A DNA stretch of 60,473 nt, counting the filler. It is 7 parts of 7 records of this genome, joined end to end, with 100 filler letters (N's around TTAATTAATTAA, not from the genome) between each part and the next. Parts side by side here need not be neighbours in the genome. Positions count along the whole stretch, not along the records: positions 1 to 20,953 come from SRR31156797_23639; 6 more parts are not named here. One strand, given 5' to 3'. Each line of letters opens with the position of its first letter. Within the stretch, counting starts at the first letter, position 1. A program made the translations under genes and the position numbers. Below are positions 9,611 through 21,053 of this stretch, one piece after another. Below the pieces are notes generated by a model. The model saw nothing but the letters and a program-made list of their open reading frames with translations. It was not told the DNA's origin and searched no databases.

Positions 9611-12600
9611 TTAGACTTTTACAAGAAATTGATCCATCAAACTTAGTAGTTCTTCTTTTTCGGCTGGCTTGGCAATACAGGCATCAAAACCTCCTTTTAT
9701 TAGTTTTTCCCGCTCTCCATTTACTGCAGTTGCTGAGTGCGCTATCACCGGTAAGTTTTTATTCAAACCCTTTATAATCTGAACCAGTTCATATCCATCA
9801 GAATCCGGAAAATTCATATCCATTAATACAAGATGAATATCCTTGCGATTCATTAGCAGTTTACTTGCTCCAGCGGCTGTTCTGGCAGATACTAATGTAA
9901 TACCTGTCTTTTCAATGTATTTACGCATTTGTAAGTGGGCACTACTGTTTTCGTCAACCAACAACATCAATTTATTTGGCCAATAGAAGTTTTTAGGCAA
10001 AACAGGATTTGAGAATGTAAAGGTTTTAGGTTCATCCAGTATGATGTTTTTTGATTCTCTATCATCAATTGGATGTGTAAAATAAAATTCAGATCCCTGA
10101 CCTTTTTCGGATAGAAGCCCAATGTGACCGCCTAGTGCAGAAACCAGCTTATCACAAATGGCCAGTCCAATACCTGTTCCTCGATACAACTTATCAGTTT
10201 CTTCTTCACCTTTTCGGAAAGGTTGGAATATAATCTTTTGTTTGGCTTCTGATATTCCAATACCAGTATCTTTAACAAAGAACCTTAATTCACCTCCTTC
10301 TTTAGATACGCCGAATTCAATAAAGCCTTTAATGGTGAATTTAATTGCATTGCCAATCAGGTTAACCAATACCTGGCGCAGCCTGATTGGGTCAGTCATT
10401 ATAATAAGCTCGCTACTTTCCAGTTTTGAATAGTAAACCTTCACTCGCCCTTTATGCTCTACTTCAACTTTAGGTATAAAGTCGTTGTATAAACTTTGCA
10501 TCAGTTCGTCCAGATTTACTCTTTCCTTAACAACTGAAATTTTGCCACTTTCTATTTTAGCTACGTCAATGATGTTATTAATCAAACTCATTAAGCTATC
10601 TGAGTTTTTATGAATAACATCTACATACTCATCTACTTCTCCAGAAGGAATTTGGCTTCCTCGCAATAAGGAAGAAAATCCTACAATTGCGTTTAAAGGT
10701 GTTCTTAATTCGTGACTAATATTGGCTAAAAATTCAGATTTTAATCGATCTGATTCTTCAGCTTTTTCTTTGGCCAACATCAAGTGTTTTTCAGTAGTTT
10801 TTCTTGGTGTTAAGTTTCTACCAATAGCTAAAACTGTTTCTGTATTTCCGTCACTATTTTTTTCCGGAGAAATTGTCCAGTCGAAATACAGTTCATTTTT
10901 TTCATCACTAAAGCCTAGCTCCATCGACACTTTTTCTCCTATCAAGAATGTGTCGTTTATTTTAGTTTGCCAGGTTTGATGTACCAGCTCATCTAAAACT
11001 TGTAAACTAAACAGACTGTTGCCAATTATTGATTCCGGATTTAAAAAGTTAAACTGATCTGTAAAAGCCTGATTGTAAAATAAAACTTCGCCTTGTTCAT
11101 TTAAGCGTAATATAATATCAGGCGAATTTTGAGTTAAGGATCTAAACTCGCGCTCGCTTTCTTTTATAGCTTTTTCATTTTGCTTACGTTCTGATATGTC
11201 ATGCATCATTAAATAAGCAAAATACTGGTTATCCATTTTTATTTGTGTTCCGGATAGCTCAATTTCAATGGTTTTTCCAGCACTATTTAAAACTTTTAAG
11301 TCTCCGGAATAAGGTTGACCTTCCTGTATAATATATAATGCATGCTCAAATTCGCTCAATGAATCACTATGAATTAGATCTGTTTTTGAAAGTGTAAACA
11401 TCTGATCGTAAGCCTGCCCGAAGATCTTACAAGCCGATTGATTTAGAAATTGAATTTGATGATTGTTATCAAGAACCAAAACGCCGTTAATAGCTGCTTC
11501 TGCTATTTTTTGATATCTCTCTTTGCTTTCTTTTATGCGTATTTGAGCCTGATAACTCTCCGTTATATCACGAACAAAAACTAAAAACTGATTAGGATTG
11601 GTGCCGATAGTACCAAACAAACTGATACGTTTAGACTCGCCATTTTTAATGGAACCTATTGATTCAACTTCAGCCTGTCCTGTTTCTTTAATATTGGTAA
11701 AGAAGTTTTGTAGTGAAGCAATAGCTTCTTCGCTTTTTTCATAGAGAAAGTGTTCCGGTTTCGATCCTATTAGTTCGTCCTGGGAATAACCGGTGAACTC
11801 ATAAACAAACTGATTTACAGAACTAATTTTTCCTTCTTCGATAGTTAGCATTCCAAAAGGAGCATTATTCATTACAGCATTAGCAAAGCTTTCTTTTTGT
11901 GATGCTTGTTTGATCTGGTTTAATAGTTCGACAAACTTTTCTTTATACTTTTTTTCGCGATGAGCAGCACTCACAATTTCAGAAAGGGTTAACGCAATGG
12001 TTCCCCAAAACTGAATCATTTCTTTAGGAGAATAGGTTTCGTAACCTTCAAATTCACCAATTAACCATCCGCCAAATTCTTTTTGAATAACAACCGGGCA
12101 GGTTAAAATAAAGTTGGTTTCTGGTTTTGCATCGATTTCTTTTACTTTCAGACTTTCACGGCAAAAATAACGGGCCTCTAAATCTTCACTATTTAAAGAC
12201 AATTTGGCTAAGTCCTGATTTGAAAGTAATTCTTCCTCATGTTCTTGCGAATAAGCCCAAGCTAATTCATGGCCATTGGTAAAACTTTCTTTATCGACAA
12301 TGTAAATACTTCTAAGATTAAGTTCTTCGCCAATTACTTTTAAAGCTTCATTAATAGACTTAACTGTGCGCTTGCTTACCTTTATTTTTTGAAGGATCTG
12401 TTTTTTTAACAGATTCAGGTTCCATAATCTGGATGCTGAATTTTTATGCCACAATACATCTAAACGAGCTGTCATTAAGCTTACAACCTGTTCTATTTCT
12501 TTAATCTCAAACTCATACCATTCACGTTTAAAGGAACAAAGTTCAATAACCAAAAGTCCGTTTTTGATATGAGCAACAGAAACCGGAAAAATAAGTAAAG

Positions 12601-13051
12601 ACTGAACGCTAAAGATTTCAAACTTTTCAGCTAAGCTTTGCGGAAGGTCGTTACTTAGGTGAGAGCTGGCAAAACTACAACCCACATTGGGGCAAGATAA
12701 TGGATTTTCAGAAGCAGATATCGTTAAATCGGCAGGATGATATTCCTGGACTAAATCATTTGTCCATTGCTTCATTGCAGAGTATAATTCTGCACTTTCT
12801 ATATAAGAAAATAACGAAACCCTGTCGACAGCATATATTTCGCCAATTTGCTGTAAGCATAGCTCAACTGCCTCTTCGTAATTTTTAGCTCCGTCTATTA
12901 TGTCGGAAATCTTCTTATTAATCTCCAATGATACATTTGTACCCCGCCCATTTTCAGCAGACACGAATCTATTAAGCATACTTTTTAGATGCTTGTTCTC
13001 CGCCTCTAACGACTGAAGCCCGGAAATATTTTCCAAACTATCGTTCCCCAT
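9611..13051 (-). CDS. Cytoplasmic GAF/PAS hybrid sensor histidine kinase
   Basis: GAF-like N-terminus, three PAS repeats, ISHELRTPLN, NLIGNAIKFT, GTGIGL, C-terminal REC. Confidence 0.9.
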   Translation of the reverse strand: MGNDSLENISGLQSLEAENKHLKSMLNRFVSAENGRGTNVSLEINKKISDIIDGAKNYEEAVELCLQQIGEIYAVDRVSLFSYIESAELYSAMKQWTNDLVQEYHPADLTISASENPLSCPNVGCSFASSHLSNDLPQSLAEKFEIFSVQSLLIFPVSVAHIKNGLLVIELCSFKREWYEFEIKEIEQVVSLMTARLDVLWHKNSASRLWNLNLLKKQILQKIKVSKRTVKSINEALKVIGEELNLRSIYIVDKESFTNGHELAWAYSQEHEEELLSNQDLAKLSLNSEDLEARYFCRESLKVKEIDAKPETNFILTCPVVIQKEFGGWLIGEFEGYETYSPKEMIQFWGTIALTLSEIVSAAHREKKYKEKFVELLNQIKQASQKESFANAVMNNAPFGMLTIEEGKISSVNQFVYEFTGYSQDELIGSKPEHFLYEKSEEAIASLQNFFTNIKETGQAEVESIGSIKNGESKRISLFGTIGTNPNQFLVFVRDITESYQAQIRIKESKERYQKIAEAAINGVLVLDNNHQIQFLNQSACKIFGQAYDQMFTLSKTDLIHSDSLSEFEHALYIIQEGQPYSGDLKVLNSAGKTIEIELSGTQIKMDNQYFAYLMMHDISERKQNEKAIKESEREFRSLTQNSPDIILRLNEQGEVLFYNQAFTDQFNFLNPESIIGNSLFSLQVLDELVHQTWQTKINDTFLIGEKVSMELGFSDEKNELYFDWTISPEKNSDGNTETVLAIGRNLTPRKTTEKHLMLAKEKAEESDRLKSEFLANISHELRTPLNAIVGFSSLLRGSQIPSGEVDEYVDVIHKNSDSLMSLINNIIDVAKIESGKISVVKERVNLDELMQSLYNDFIPKVEVEHKGRVKVYYSKLESSELIIMTDPIRLRQVLVNLIGNAIKFTIKGFIEFGVSKEGGELRFFVKDTGIGISEAKQKIIFQPFRKGEEETDKLYRGTGIGLAICDKLVSALGGHIGLLSEKGQGSEFYFTHPIDDRESKNIILDEPKTFTFSNPVLPKNFYWPNKLMLLVDENSSAHLQMRKYIEKTGITLVSARTAAGASKLLMNRKDIHLVLMDMNFPDSDGYELVQIIKGLNKNLPVIAHSATAVNGEREKLIKGGFDACIAKPAEKEELLSLMDQFLVKV

Positions 13052-13227
13052 TTAATTTTCTTAATTCGTGTTTAATGAATTTCAATCTTTCGATTTTGTC
13101 TAAATGACATCAATCGAACACATTATCCCCTATTTTTCAAAAATACACATATAATAGATGGAGATGAACGAAATAAAGCTTTACTTATAAACACGTATTA
13201 AACAATAGAGTACCAAATTTGGAATTT

Positions 13228-16200
13228 CTATTCATGAAACTTTTTAACTTTCATTGCATTTATTACAGCATAGGCACTTACTACCAAAACAGTCAATACG
13301 GTATAGTACACAAAATCAGGCACTGGCACCGGATCTCCTTTGGCATACGAGTGCATACCGGCCAGGTAATAATTCACTCCAAAATAGGTCATAATTACCG
13401 AAAAGAAACCAATAACTGCCACCACGTTAAACACCACCACGCTTTTAAGGCCTGGAATGAAGCGCATATGAAGGATAAAAGCATAAATTAAAATGGTTAC
13501 CATCGACCAGGTTTCTTTAGGATCCCATCCCCAATATCTCCCCCAGGATTCATTGGCCCACACACCGCCTAAAAATGCACCTACGGTCATCATGTATAAG
13601 CCAATTGTTAATCCCATTTCAATAATGGAACTTAATTCAATAATGGTTGTATCCAATTTTTCCTCTTCAGTTTTCTTTTTTAAACCAATTAATATCAAAT
13701 TAAAGAAACCGGCCAATGCGCCCAAACCTAAAAATCCATAACTCGAAACAATTACGGCCACATGAATGGTTAACCAATAAGATTTTAACACGGGAACCAA
13801 ATTGGTAATTTCCGGATTCATCCAGCTCAGGTGAGCGACTAATAATACAATTCCGGATTCTATTGCAGCTATTGATAATACAATAGCGGACTTTTTGCTA
13901 AATATTAATCCTGCCAATAAAAGCGCCCAGCCAATGAGTAGCATAGATTCATATCCGTCGCTCCAGGGTGCATGGCCTGAAACGTACCACCTTAATGCCA
14001 TTCCTCCACTATAAACCAGGAACATCAGGATGAAAAAGATATTTCCAACTAAATTTAGCTTTATCGGCGATTTTTTAGGTATAAATAAAAAGACAAACTG
14101 AATAATCAGAAAAATAAATCCCAGGACAAATAAAATGGGTGCGATAAACAAAAAGATGTTTGAACCATTGTAGAATATTTCAAGTTGTTTTGCTTTTTCA
14201 GATGGTAATATTTCAGCTGCAAATTTGTTTTGGTATTTGCGAATGGCATCTACGTAAGTTTTAGCCTCTTCTGCATTTCCCTTTTTTAAGGCTTGCAGAT
14301 AAAGTGAAAATACGTTTCGTACAAACAAACTATCGCCTTCTTGTAAATTAATGTTGGACGTTCCCGGAAGCAACCATGGCAATTGATCATCAGCAGGTAT
14401 TGGAAATATTTTTAACAACTGACCAGAATGAAGCAGGTAAAAAACATTCACTTGCTCATCAATTTTAATAATATCATTTTGAAGCTTACTTCGGTAAGCA
14501 GGTTTTGTTCTATATGCTTTTTCAACCAGTTCGTGCAACTTATAATTTCCTGAAGCACCAAAAAAGTCGGAGAAGGAAGCTTTTTTAGTTGAATTGCCAA
14601 CGATATCCCTTATGGGTCCTTTTTTTACTGTAATCAAAGGCACGTGTTTCCAGGCCTCTGAGTTGCTCAAAACGCTTAATACAATTCTGTCTTCAGAATA
14701 CCCTTTAAAAGAATTATGTTTGACCAACTTCCTTAAAATTTCACCATTTAAGGAATTCATGGGTTTTGTTCTTCCTGCATTATCCTGAACCCAAAGTTCT
14801 CCAAATTCTTTTGCCTGTTCTTCAGAAACATTAATATAGGCATCTATATCCTGAGCCTGAGCGGAGGCTGCGGTTATCAGCAATCCTGCCAATAGTAATA
14901 GCTTCTTTTTCTTATTTAAATCAGATACAAGATTTGTCAAGTATCTGAAACGACTTTTTGATGCACCAAGCGACATAATCATTGATAAAGCCAATAAAAA
15001 ATATCCGATATAAGTAATTAATGTTCCCCAAAAATCATTGTTCACAGATAAGACAGTTCCTTTCTCATCCATGTCGTATGAGGATTGATAAAAACGATAG
15101 CCATCGTAGTTTAAAATATTATTCATAAATATTCTAAAATCTTTTTTTACGTTAGAACGGGAATCAATCAAGGTTACTTCACTGGCAAAAGAAGAAGGAC
15201 TTTCGGAACCCGGATACCGTTCCAGTTGAAAATCATTTAGATGTATAGAGAATGGTGTTTTTAAGAGCTTGGCACCATAGCTTAATCTAATATTTACATT
15301 TCCTACAGCAATCTCGGCTGCTTCACCAAGCATATCAGGTCTGCCTTGAAGTACAACTTGTTTTTGTAGATCATCTACTTTTACTTTCAATATTATTGAT
15401 TCCATTCCGGAACCCTGTTCTTCATTTGTTGCAGGCACCGGTTTTAATATGGCACTTTCAATATAATTGGTTTGTACCATAAAAAAGCCTTCTGTACCAT
15501 ATAAAACTCTTGAATAAAAGGATGTGGGTTTTGTTAAATCAACTAAGCTTTTTTCCTGAGTTCCCATATCTGTTATATAAACATCGTGTTTTGATGTGAA
15601 TAACAACTCTTCGTCACCTTGTGAAATTAAAAAATCGCAAGAATCTGCAACGCCGAATCCAATTGAATAATTACCGACTATAATTTTTTCGCCCAGGAAT
15701 AAATCTACATTTTGTCTTCCAGATCCTGAAGAAACAACCATTCTGATTAATGGTTTACCTCCTTCTCCTTCTTCTGCAATCCAATTTGTATTGGCAATGT
15801 AATCTACGCTTTTCAATTCAACAGAATGTTCTTTAAGTGAAAACTTCTTTGAGAAATAATCCTTGCTTTTTTCCGAAAGTAAAACATCTTCGGCAAATTT
15901 GATAGTATCATTTTCACTCTGGATTGATCCGGCGATATAGGTTTTTAATGATAAAAACTGATTGGTTGACTCTCCTTCACGGATATGCATCATTCCCTCG
16001 TAACCGATATACCTGGTTAAAGCAGCACCTATCACAATAATAAAGAAAGATAGGTGAAATAATAGAATGGCTAGTTTTCCTTTTTTCCATAAATAGGGTT
16101 TGGTAAAATTCAGGAACATATTAATCGCGAGCAAAACAAATATGCCTTCAAACCACCATGTATTATAGTACAATGCTTTTGCTGCATTAGTTCCAAAATC

Positions 16201-16308
16201 ATTTTCAACAAATGTGGCAATTCCCATTGACGCTGCCAGTATTATAAACAATGTACCCATTAAATATGGAGCAGATAGAAAGGAAAGTATCTTTTTCATT
16301 TTATTCAC
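13228..16308 (-). CDS. ccsA: Cytochrome c biogenesis protein, fused CcsB-CcsA (system II)
   Basis: WWD domain WANESWGRYWGWDPKETW, conserved His (FHLSF, TIHVA, GMHSYA), many TM segments, ResB-like periplasmic region. Confidence 0.93.
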   Translation of the reverse strand: MNKMKKILSFLSAPYLMGTLFIILAASMGIATFVENDFGTNAAKALYYNTWWFEGIFVLLAINMFLNFTKPYLWKKGKLAILLFHLSFFIIVIGAALTRYIGYEGMMHIREGESTNQFLSLKTYIAGSIQSENDTIKFAEDVLLSEKSKDYFSKKFSLKEHSVELKSVDYIANTNWIAEEGEGGKPLIRMVVSSGSGRQNVDLFLGEKIIVGNYSIGFGVADSCDFLISQGDEELLFTSKHDVYITDMGTQEKSLVDLTKPTSFYSRVLYGTEGFFMVQTNYIESAILKPVPATNEEQGSGMESIILKVKVDDLQKQVVLQGRPDMLGEAAEIAVGNVNIRLSYGAKLLKTPFSIHLNDFQLERYPGSESPSSFASEVTLIDSRSNVKKDFRIFMNNILNYDGYRFYQSSYDMDEKGTVLSVNNDFWGTLITYIGYFLLALSMIMSLGASKSRFRYLTNLVSDLNKKKKLLLLAGLLITAASAQAQDIDAYINVSEEQAKEFGELWVQDNAGRTKPMNSLNGEILRKLVKHNSFKGYSEDRIVLSVLSNSEAWKHVPLITVKKGPIRDIVGNSTKKASFSDFFGASGNYKLHELVEKAYRTKPAYRSKLQNDIIKIDEQVNVFYLLHSGQLLKIFPIPADDQLPWLLPGTSNINLQEGDSLFVRNVFSLYLQALKKGNAEEAKTYVDAIRKYQNKFAAEILPSEKAKQLEIFYNGSNIFLFIAPILFVLGFIFLIIQFVFLFIPKKSPIKLNLVGNIFFILMFLVYSGGMALRWYVSGHAPWSDGYESMLLIGWALLLAGLIFSKKSAIVLSIAAIESGIVLLVAHLSWMNPEITNLVPVLKSYWLTIHVAVIVSSYGFLGLGALAGFFNLILIGLKKKTEEEKLDTTIIELSSIIEMGLTIGLYMMTVGAFLGGVWANESWGRYWGWDPKETWSMVTILIYAFILHMRFIPGLKSVVVFNVVAVIGFFSVIMTYFGVNYYLAGMHSYAKGDPVPVPDFVYYTVLTVLVVSAYAVINAMKVKKFHE

Positions 16309-16708
16309 AAGTTTAAAAAAGTATCATCCAGTATTAATTCAATAAAAAATGATAGGTGGATGATGCTGTGTAATCAGCTACTAATCTATAAAATAATTGT
16401 GCAATCCATTACTTATTTTGTAAAAAGCATAAGAAACATGTGAGCTAAGCAGGCAAAATTGAATAGTTAGATGGCAAGAAGCTTTAGTTTAAGTATTATA
16501 TTTGCGGCTATTTTTAAATTATTTAATAACTTCACTACACTTAAGGTGTGTTGAATGTATTATCTTATAGTTATTTACAAAATGCAATTTTAAAAATACT
16601 TCCTGCTATATTAAAAACTATTAATCATTTTAAGATGAAATGAACATGTAACTTTTCAATAAAATTGATGAGCAAGCTCAAAAAAGACATGTGAATTTTA
16701 TCTAATCA

Positions 16709-17986
16709 ATGAAAGTAAACTTTAAGCAAATGAAACATTTTTTACTAGCTATTCTAACCCTATTATGCATTAAGACTTTTGCTCAGGATGCAGAGAAAAA
16801 AATATCAGTTAAACCTTATGGTTTTATTGGTGTGGATGCATTTGTTGATACGCGTCAAAGTGTTACTTCGAGAAATGGCCATGTGTATCTTTATCCTAAA
16901 AACAGAGATAACGATGCTAACTTAAATGACAAAAACGACAGATCTAGTTTTGACATAGGAGCTTCTATTACTCGTTTGGGGTTTGTTATTTCGGGACCGG
17001 ATGCTTTTGGAGCTACTACATCAGCAAAAATAGAAAGCGACTTTGCCGGAGTGTCCGGAAACGGTGCAGATCGGGTTGTTCGATTAAGACATGCTTTTTT
17101 GAAATTGCAATGGCAAAGCGCCTCTTTGATCGCCGGAAAAACATGGCATCCATTTTTTGTGCCTGAAAATTATCCAGCTACCGTTAATTTTGTGGTTGGA
17201 GCACCTATTCACCCTCTTTCTCGTGCGCCTCAGTTAAGGTATACATATAGGGCAACAGATAAATTATCGATTGCCTTAGTTGCTTTATCGCAAGGTGATT
17301 TTCAAAACAAAGGAGGCGAATCTCAAGTTGAGATGGGAGATATGCCTGAATTAAACCTGCAGTTTAAATATGGTTCTCCTAAAGATTTCTTTATGGCTGC
17401 TACCGTAGGTGTTAAAAACCAATTGCCTGAGAGTGTTGATGGTAATGGTGTTATCTGTGAAAACACAGTAAATAGTTTTCAGGGAAACTTTTCTGTGCGA
17501 TATACTATGCCTGCTTTAACATTAAAAGCAGAAGCGGTATATGGAGGCAATCTTACCAATATGGTTATGATCGGTGGATTAGCAGAAAAAGCAAGTAGTA
17601 CTGCTGATAATCCAGAATTTACACCAATTCGAGTTAGTTCTTATTGGACAGATATACACACTAATGGAAAGAAGGTTAAGTATGGGATATTCGCAGGTAT
17701 TACAAATAACCTTGGGACAAGTGAAAATTCTGCTATATCTAACACTGCTTTTACGCGTGGTTACAGTTATGATACATCAGATAATACAGGAAATGGAATC
17801 GGTTATATTTATGCGTTTGCTCCAAGAATTACGTGGACTTCAGGCAATGTAAAAGTTGGACTGGAATTAATGCATACTGTTGCTGCTTATGGAGATTGGA
17901 GTGATTTGGATGAAAAATCGAAACCAACTAATACAAAGGAATATGCTAACAATAGAATAACATTAGGTTTTAGATACAGTTTTTAA
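16709..17986 (+). CDS. Outer-membrane porin-like protein (DcaP-like)
   Basis: Signal peptide, KPYGFI, TRLGF, KIESDF, RLRHAF, RAPQLRY, C-terminal FRYSF. Start may be ATG 16730. Confidence 0.7.
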   Translation: MKVNFKQMKHFLLAILTLLCIKTFAQDAEKKISVKPYGFIGVDAFVDTRQSVTSRNGHVYLYPKNRDNDANLNDKNDRSSFDIGASITRLGFVISGPDAFGATTSAKIESDFAGVSGNGADRVVRLRHAFLKLQWQSASLIAGKTWHPFFVPENYPATVNFVVGAPIHPLSRAPQLRYTYRATDKLSIALVALSQGDFQNKGGESQVEMGDMPELNLQFKYGSPKDFFMAATVGVKNQLPESVDGNGVICENTVNSFQGNFSVRYTMPALTLKAEAVYGGNLTNMVMIGGLAEKASSTADNPEFTPIRVSSYWTDIHTNGKKVKYGIFAGITNNLGTSENSAISNTAFTRGYSYDTSDNTGNGIGYIYAFAPRITWTSGNVKVGLELMHTVAAYGDWSDLDEKSKPTNTKEYANNRITLGFRYSF

Positions 17987-18060
17987 AAAGAAGATAAAAG
18001 CTATAAATTTAAAGCATGAAAGAAATGAGTTCTTTCGGGCTTTAATTTGACGCAATATAG

Positions 18061-18234
18061 ATGAAAAAATACTTGGGTATAATAGCTGCTATTTTAATAG
18101 TCTTAGGATTTGGAATGATACATGGGTCTTATAAAAATGCAGAAATTTATGGCGGCAGTTTAATAGGTATAGGTAGCTTAACCTTATTGGTTTTGCTTTA
18201 TATTTCCGGCAAAAACGCAAAAAACAAAGAATAA
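18061..18234 (+). CDS. Small 57-aa two-TM membrane protein (absent from the ORF track)
   Basis: MKKYLGIIAAILIVLGFGMIHGSYKNAEIYGGSLIGIGSLTLLVLLYISGKNAKNKE; its stop overlaps the next start (TAATG). Confidence 0.7.
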   Translation: MKKYLGIIAAILIVLGFGMIHGSYKNAEIYGGSLIGIGSLTLLVLLYISGKNAKNKE

Positions 18235-18701
18235 TGTATTCTAAGGAACAAGAAAAAGAGCTGAGGTTAGAGTTTTGGCGTAAGCTGGGAAATAAAACCA
18301 GAAAATTGCCGGGACAAAGAGGTAGAGCCAAAGTATGGATTGGCGATCGCACCGATGTAAAAGGAGTTGATCTTAGATTTGATGTTGGCCGAAAGAAGAT
18401 AATTGTAGCCTTGGAAATTAATCATAGAGACGAAACTAAAAGGCTGACTTTGTATGAAAAACTGGAAGCCGCTAAAAAAATATTTGAATCGGAATTTGGT
18501 GAGTCCCTGATTTGGGATTTTGCTTACGAGAAGAAAAACTTCGAACCGGTTTGTCGGGTTTATCAGGAAATGGACGGAGATTTTTTGGTACCGGAACAGT
18601 GGCCTGCAATTTTCAAGTTTATGATTGATAAAATGCTTCGCATGGAAAAGGCTTTCCTTGAAGTTCAGGATTTTCTTAAATATGATGAACTGGGGCAGTA
18701 A
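18234..18701 (+). CDS. DUF4268-like protein
   Basis: MYSKE..LRLEFW..W..T.VKG..LRF pattern, ending W..IF.FM..KM...E..F. Confidence 0.7.
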   Translation: MYSKEQEKELRLEFWRKLGNKTRKLPGQRGRAKVWIGDRTDVKGVDLRFDVGRKKIIVALEINHRDETKRLTLYEKLEAAKKIFESEFGESLIWDFAYEKKNFEPVCRVYQEMDGDFLVPEQWPAIFKFMIDKMLRMEKAFLEVQDFLKYDELGQ

Positions 18702-18752
18702 TAACAACCGCAATTAATTTATCACCTTAATTTTTTATACATTCCTTTAGGC

Positions 18753-19979
18753 ATGACTTTATTATATAATATTGGTATTATTTCATTTAGTTTTTTAATT
18801 CGTGTTTTCTCCTTATTTAATAGCAAAGCAAATTTGCTTAAAAACGGGAGACAGGATGCGCTTCGTAAATTAAAAGACTTGAGGTTTGATGACAAACCCA
18901 TTTGGGTTCATTGTGCTTCACTGGGTGAGTTTGAGCAAGGACGTCCGGTTATTGAATCTATAAAAAAGAATAAGCCTGAACAAAAGGTAGTGTTAACTTT
19001 CTTTTCGCCCTCAGGATATGAAGTGCAAAAGAATTATGAACTCGCTGACGAAGTGTTGTATTTGCCTTCGGACAGACCGGCCAATGTGCGCAAGTTTATC
19101 GAAGCCATTAATCCTGGGCAGGTTATTTTTGTAAAATATGAGTTTTGGTATCATTATTTGAAAGCACTTCATAAAAAAGGAATCGATACCTATATCATCT
19201 CTGCTATCTTTCGGCCTCAACATGCCTTTTTTAAATGGTACGGAGGATGGTATAAAAAAATGCTTTCATTTTTTACTTGTTTGTATGTGCAAGATGAAAA
19301 GTCTGCTCTGTTGTTAGATGGTATAAATGTAAGAAACTACGTTATAGCAGGAGATACTCGTTTCGACAGAGTTTATGAAATTTCTCAACAAGCCAAATCG
19401 TTTCCGCTTGTGCAACAATTTGCTCAAAATGCAAAAGTGTTGGTTGGCGGTAGTACCTGGCCAAAGGGGGAGGAATTATTGGCTGCTTATTTAAAAGAAA
19501 ACAAAAAGGTGAAGCTGCTATTGGCTCCTCATGAAATTCATGATAACCATATTTCAGAAATTGAGCAATTGTTTGCTGACTTTAAATGCGCGAGATACAC
19601 CGATGTGGAGAATATAGATCTTAGTGATGTTCGTGTACTTATTATAAATACAATAGGAATGCTTTCTTCCATGTATCAATATGGAGATTTGGCGTATATC
19701 GGAGGTGGATTTGGAAGTGGTATTCATAACACCATAGAAGCCTCGACTTTTGGCCTTCCGGTAATTATAGGACCTAATTACGAAAAGTATCAGGAAGCTT
19801 GTGATCTAATTGAGTTAAATGCAGGATTCTGTGCAACAAATCAGGATGAATTTACTGCTATTGCAAATAAGCTGTTATTGAATGATCAGGAATTAAATAA
19901 AGCATCAGAAGCAGCAGTTAATTATGTGGATAAAATGAGGGGTGCTACAGAGCAAATCACCAAAGAATTGTTTAAGTAG
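18753..19979 (+). CDS. waaA: 3-deoxy-D-manno-octulosonic-acid (Kdo) transferase
   Basis: IWVHCASLGEFEQGRP, FVKYEFW, GDTRFDRV, YIGGGFGSGIHN. Confidence 0.93.
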   Translation: MTLLYNIGIISFSFLIRVFSLFNSKANLLKNGRQDALRKLKDLRFDDKPIWVHCASLGEFEQGRPVIESIKKNKPEQKVVLTFFSPSGYEVQKNYELADEVLYLPSDRPANVRKFIEAINPGQVIFVKYEFWYHYLKALHKKGIDTYIISAIFRPQHAFFKWYGGWYKKMLSFFTCLYVQDEKSALLLDGINVRNYVIAGDTRFDRVYEISQQAKSFPLVQQFAQNAKVLVGGSTWPKGEELLAAYLKENKKVKLLLAPHEIHDNHISEIEQLFADFKCARYTDVENIDLSDVRVLIINTIGMLSSMYQYGDLAYIGGGFGSGIHNTIEASTFGLPVIIGPNYEKYQEACDLIELNAGFCATNQDEFTAIANKLLLNDQELNKASEAAVNYVDKMRGATEQITKELFK

Positions 19980-20407
19980 GTTACTTTGGAAGTAGGCTTG
20001 TTAATAAAATGAAATCAAGTACAAATTGTACCTGTTTAATTTGAGCCTACTTTATTAATATTCTACTATTTGGACAAAGAATTCTGAATTGTGGAAAATA
20101 TCCATATTTTACAGTTGGTTATTTCAAAAAACTGCCTATACATCCAAGCTTCAAACTTTCCAATACGTGGACTTAATTTTTTTACGATTGTTGATAAAAA
20201 ATTCTTTTTGGACAACTTATGAAGTTTTTCAAAATTACACATGATTGATAGTCAAATTATTAACATTTCAAAACGGACAACTTTGGGCGATGTTCAAAAG
20301 TATTTCTTGCCACAAATACATCTCTTTTCTAATTTTACAATCAGCAAAAAACACAAAAACAAAATCTTAACTTAATCATATCAAGATATTTAAAATTTAA
20401 GGGCATC

Positions 20408-20953
20408 ATGGCAACAACAGAAATCTTAACAAAAACAGAAAAAGTGAGCAAAACTTTCACCAATGAGGAAGCTTACGAAGCTGCATTGAAATATTTTAAC
20501 GGAGACGAATTAGCAGCTCGCGTATGGGTTAATAAATATGCTTTAAAAGATTCAGATGGGGTAATATATGAACAGAACCCGGATGAAATGCACCGCCGTT
20601 TAGCTAAAGAAGTAGCGCGTATTGAAAAAAAATACCCAAATCCTTTAAGTGAAGATGAGCTTTACGATTTATTTAAAGATTTCAAATACATTGTTCCTCA
20701 AGGTGGTCCAATGGCAGGTATTGGTAATGCCTTCCAAATTGCATCTTTATCTAACTGCTTTGTAATTGGTAACGATGGCAAGTCCGATTCGTATGGTGGC
20801 ATCATGAAAATTGACCAGGAGCAGGTTCAGTTAATGAAACGCCGAGGAGGAGTTGGCCATGATTTGTCTCACATTCGTCCTAAAGGTTCTCCGGTTAAAA
20901 ATTCAGCATTAACCTCTACAGGTATTGTTCCTTTTATGGAGCGTTACTCAAAT
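20408..20953 (+). CDS. nrdJ: Adenosylcobalamin-dependent (class II) ribonucleotide reductase, 3'-truncated by contig end
   Basis: YFNGDELAARVWVNKYALKD, FKYIVPQGGPM, SLSNCFV, KRRGGVGHDLSHIRPKG. Confidence 0.88.
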
Positions 20954-21053
20954 NNNNNNNNNNNNNNNNNNNNNNNNNNNNNNNNNNNNNNNNNNNNTTA
21001 ATTAATTAANNNNNNNNNNNNNNNNNNNNNNNNNNNNNNNNNNNNNNNNNNNN
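20954..21053. other. Artificial contig linker
   Basis: N44-TTAATTAATTAA-N44, with stops in all six frames. Confidence 0.99.

Noticed and set aside
19990-20407. AAGTAGGCT...AGCCTACTT inverted repeat, and a possible cobalamin riboswitch or NrdR box before nrdJ
   Set aside because: Short stem with a long loop, at most a terminator. No B12-box or NrdR consensus recognised.
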